Below, piece by piece: positions 30,860 through 31,167 of a stretch of DNA of 31,167 bases (its first letter is position 1; each line of letters opens with the position of its first letter). The stretch covers positions 1-31,167 of the forward strand of contig NW_021832895.1 of NCBI RefSeq assembly GCF_006345805.1. The letters are read 5' to 3'. Origin of the DNA: Octopus sinensis. Lineage: Eukaryota. The notes under the pieces are model-generated. The model was not told the origin of the DNA. It saw only the letters and a list, made by a program, of their open reading frames with translations, and made no database searches. The position numbers and the translations under genes were made by a program.

Positions 30860-31167
30860 TTAAGTGTTGAAGTTGAGAAAAATTTTGTATGTTTTTATTA
30901 TTCTACTTTGAGATTCTTTTTGAAAAGTGAGTATTAGCTTGTCACGTGTTTTGCCTGAAAGCCAAGTTTTTCGAGGATATCACTCAGACATTTACTAACA
31001 TAAACAAGTGCACCAATAGTTAATTGTAGGGACATTGTCTACATTTATCGTAGGGCTGTCGCAATGAGCATTGATAACATTTGGGGGCTGTTGCCACTCA
31101 AATGTGTAATATCTTCCATAGAAGTGTGACATAATCCACATTTTCGGTCCCCTCTAGGTGGCTTAAG
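30860..31167 (-). mobile_element. C-terminal remnant of an RLE-type (R2-group: NeSL/HERO/R4-like) non-LTR retrotransposon, running off the window
   Basis: My minus translation gives DRKCGLCHTSMEDITHLSGNSPQM (RT-distal zinc knuckle), TIGALVYVSKCLSDILEKLGF (IGALG motif), then in another frame KLILTFQKESQSRIIKTYKIFLNF. The intervening PD..D nuclease core appears deleted. Confidence 0.6.

Noticed and set aside
1-31167. CRISPR array, operon or other prokaryotic system
   Set aside because: No regularly spaced repeat-spacer array, no dense ORFs; sequence is clearly eukaryotic repeat DNA.

Overview
Eukaryotic, AT-rich, repeat-dominated DNA, most likely Octopus/cephalopod intronic or intergenic sequence. 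That assignment rests on my recollection of the SINE families and on the microsatellite density, not on a database search. I can support no intact protein-coding gene, tRNA or rRNA gene, or CRISPR array. The window holds three decayed L1/Tx1-type LINEs, all on the minus strand: a fragment at ~1.4-2.4 kb and near-full-length copies at ~6.5-11.5 kb and ~14.2-19.9 kb. It also holds about 15 copies or fragments of two tRNA-derived SINE families, a pogo/Tc2-like MITE with perfect 20-bp terminal repeats, two hAT-like ends, Penelope GIY-YIG endonuclease remnants, the C-terminus of an RLE-type non-LTR element at the right edge, and many microsatellites. The most notable signals, none explained by the ORF track, are: (1) two type I hammerhead ribozyme folds on the minus strand about 2.07 kb apart, flanking a ~199-bp-arm fold-back of Penelope endonuclease sequence; (2) a 171-bp local sequence copied into the head of a SINE with microhomology junctions; (3) two loci where a young SINE joins an older SINE at the identical base, suggesting self-targeting.
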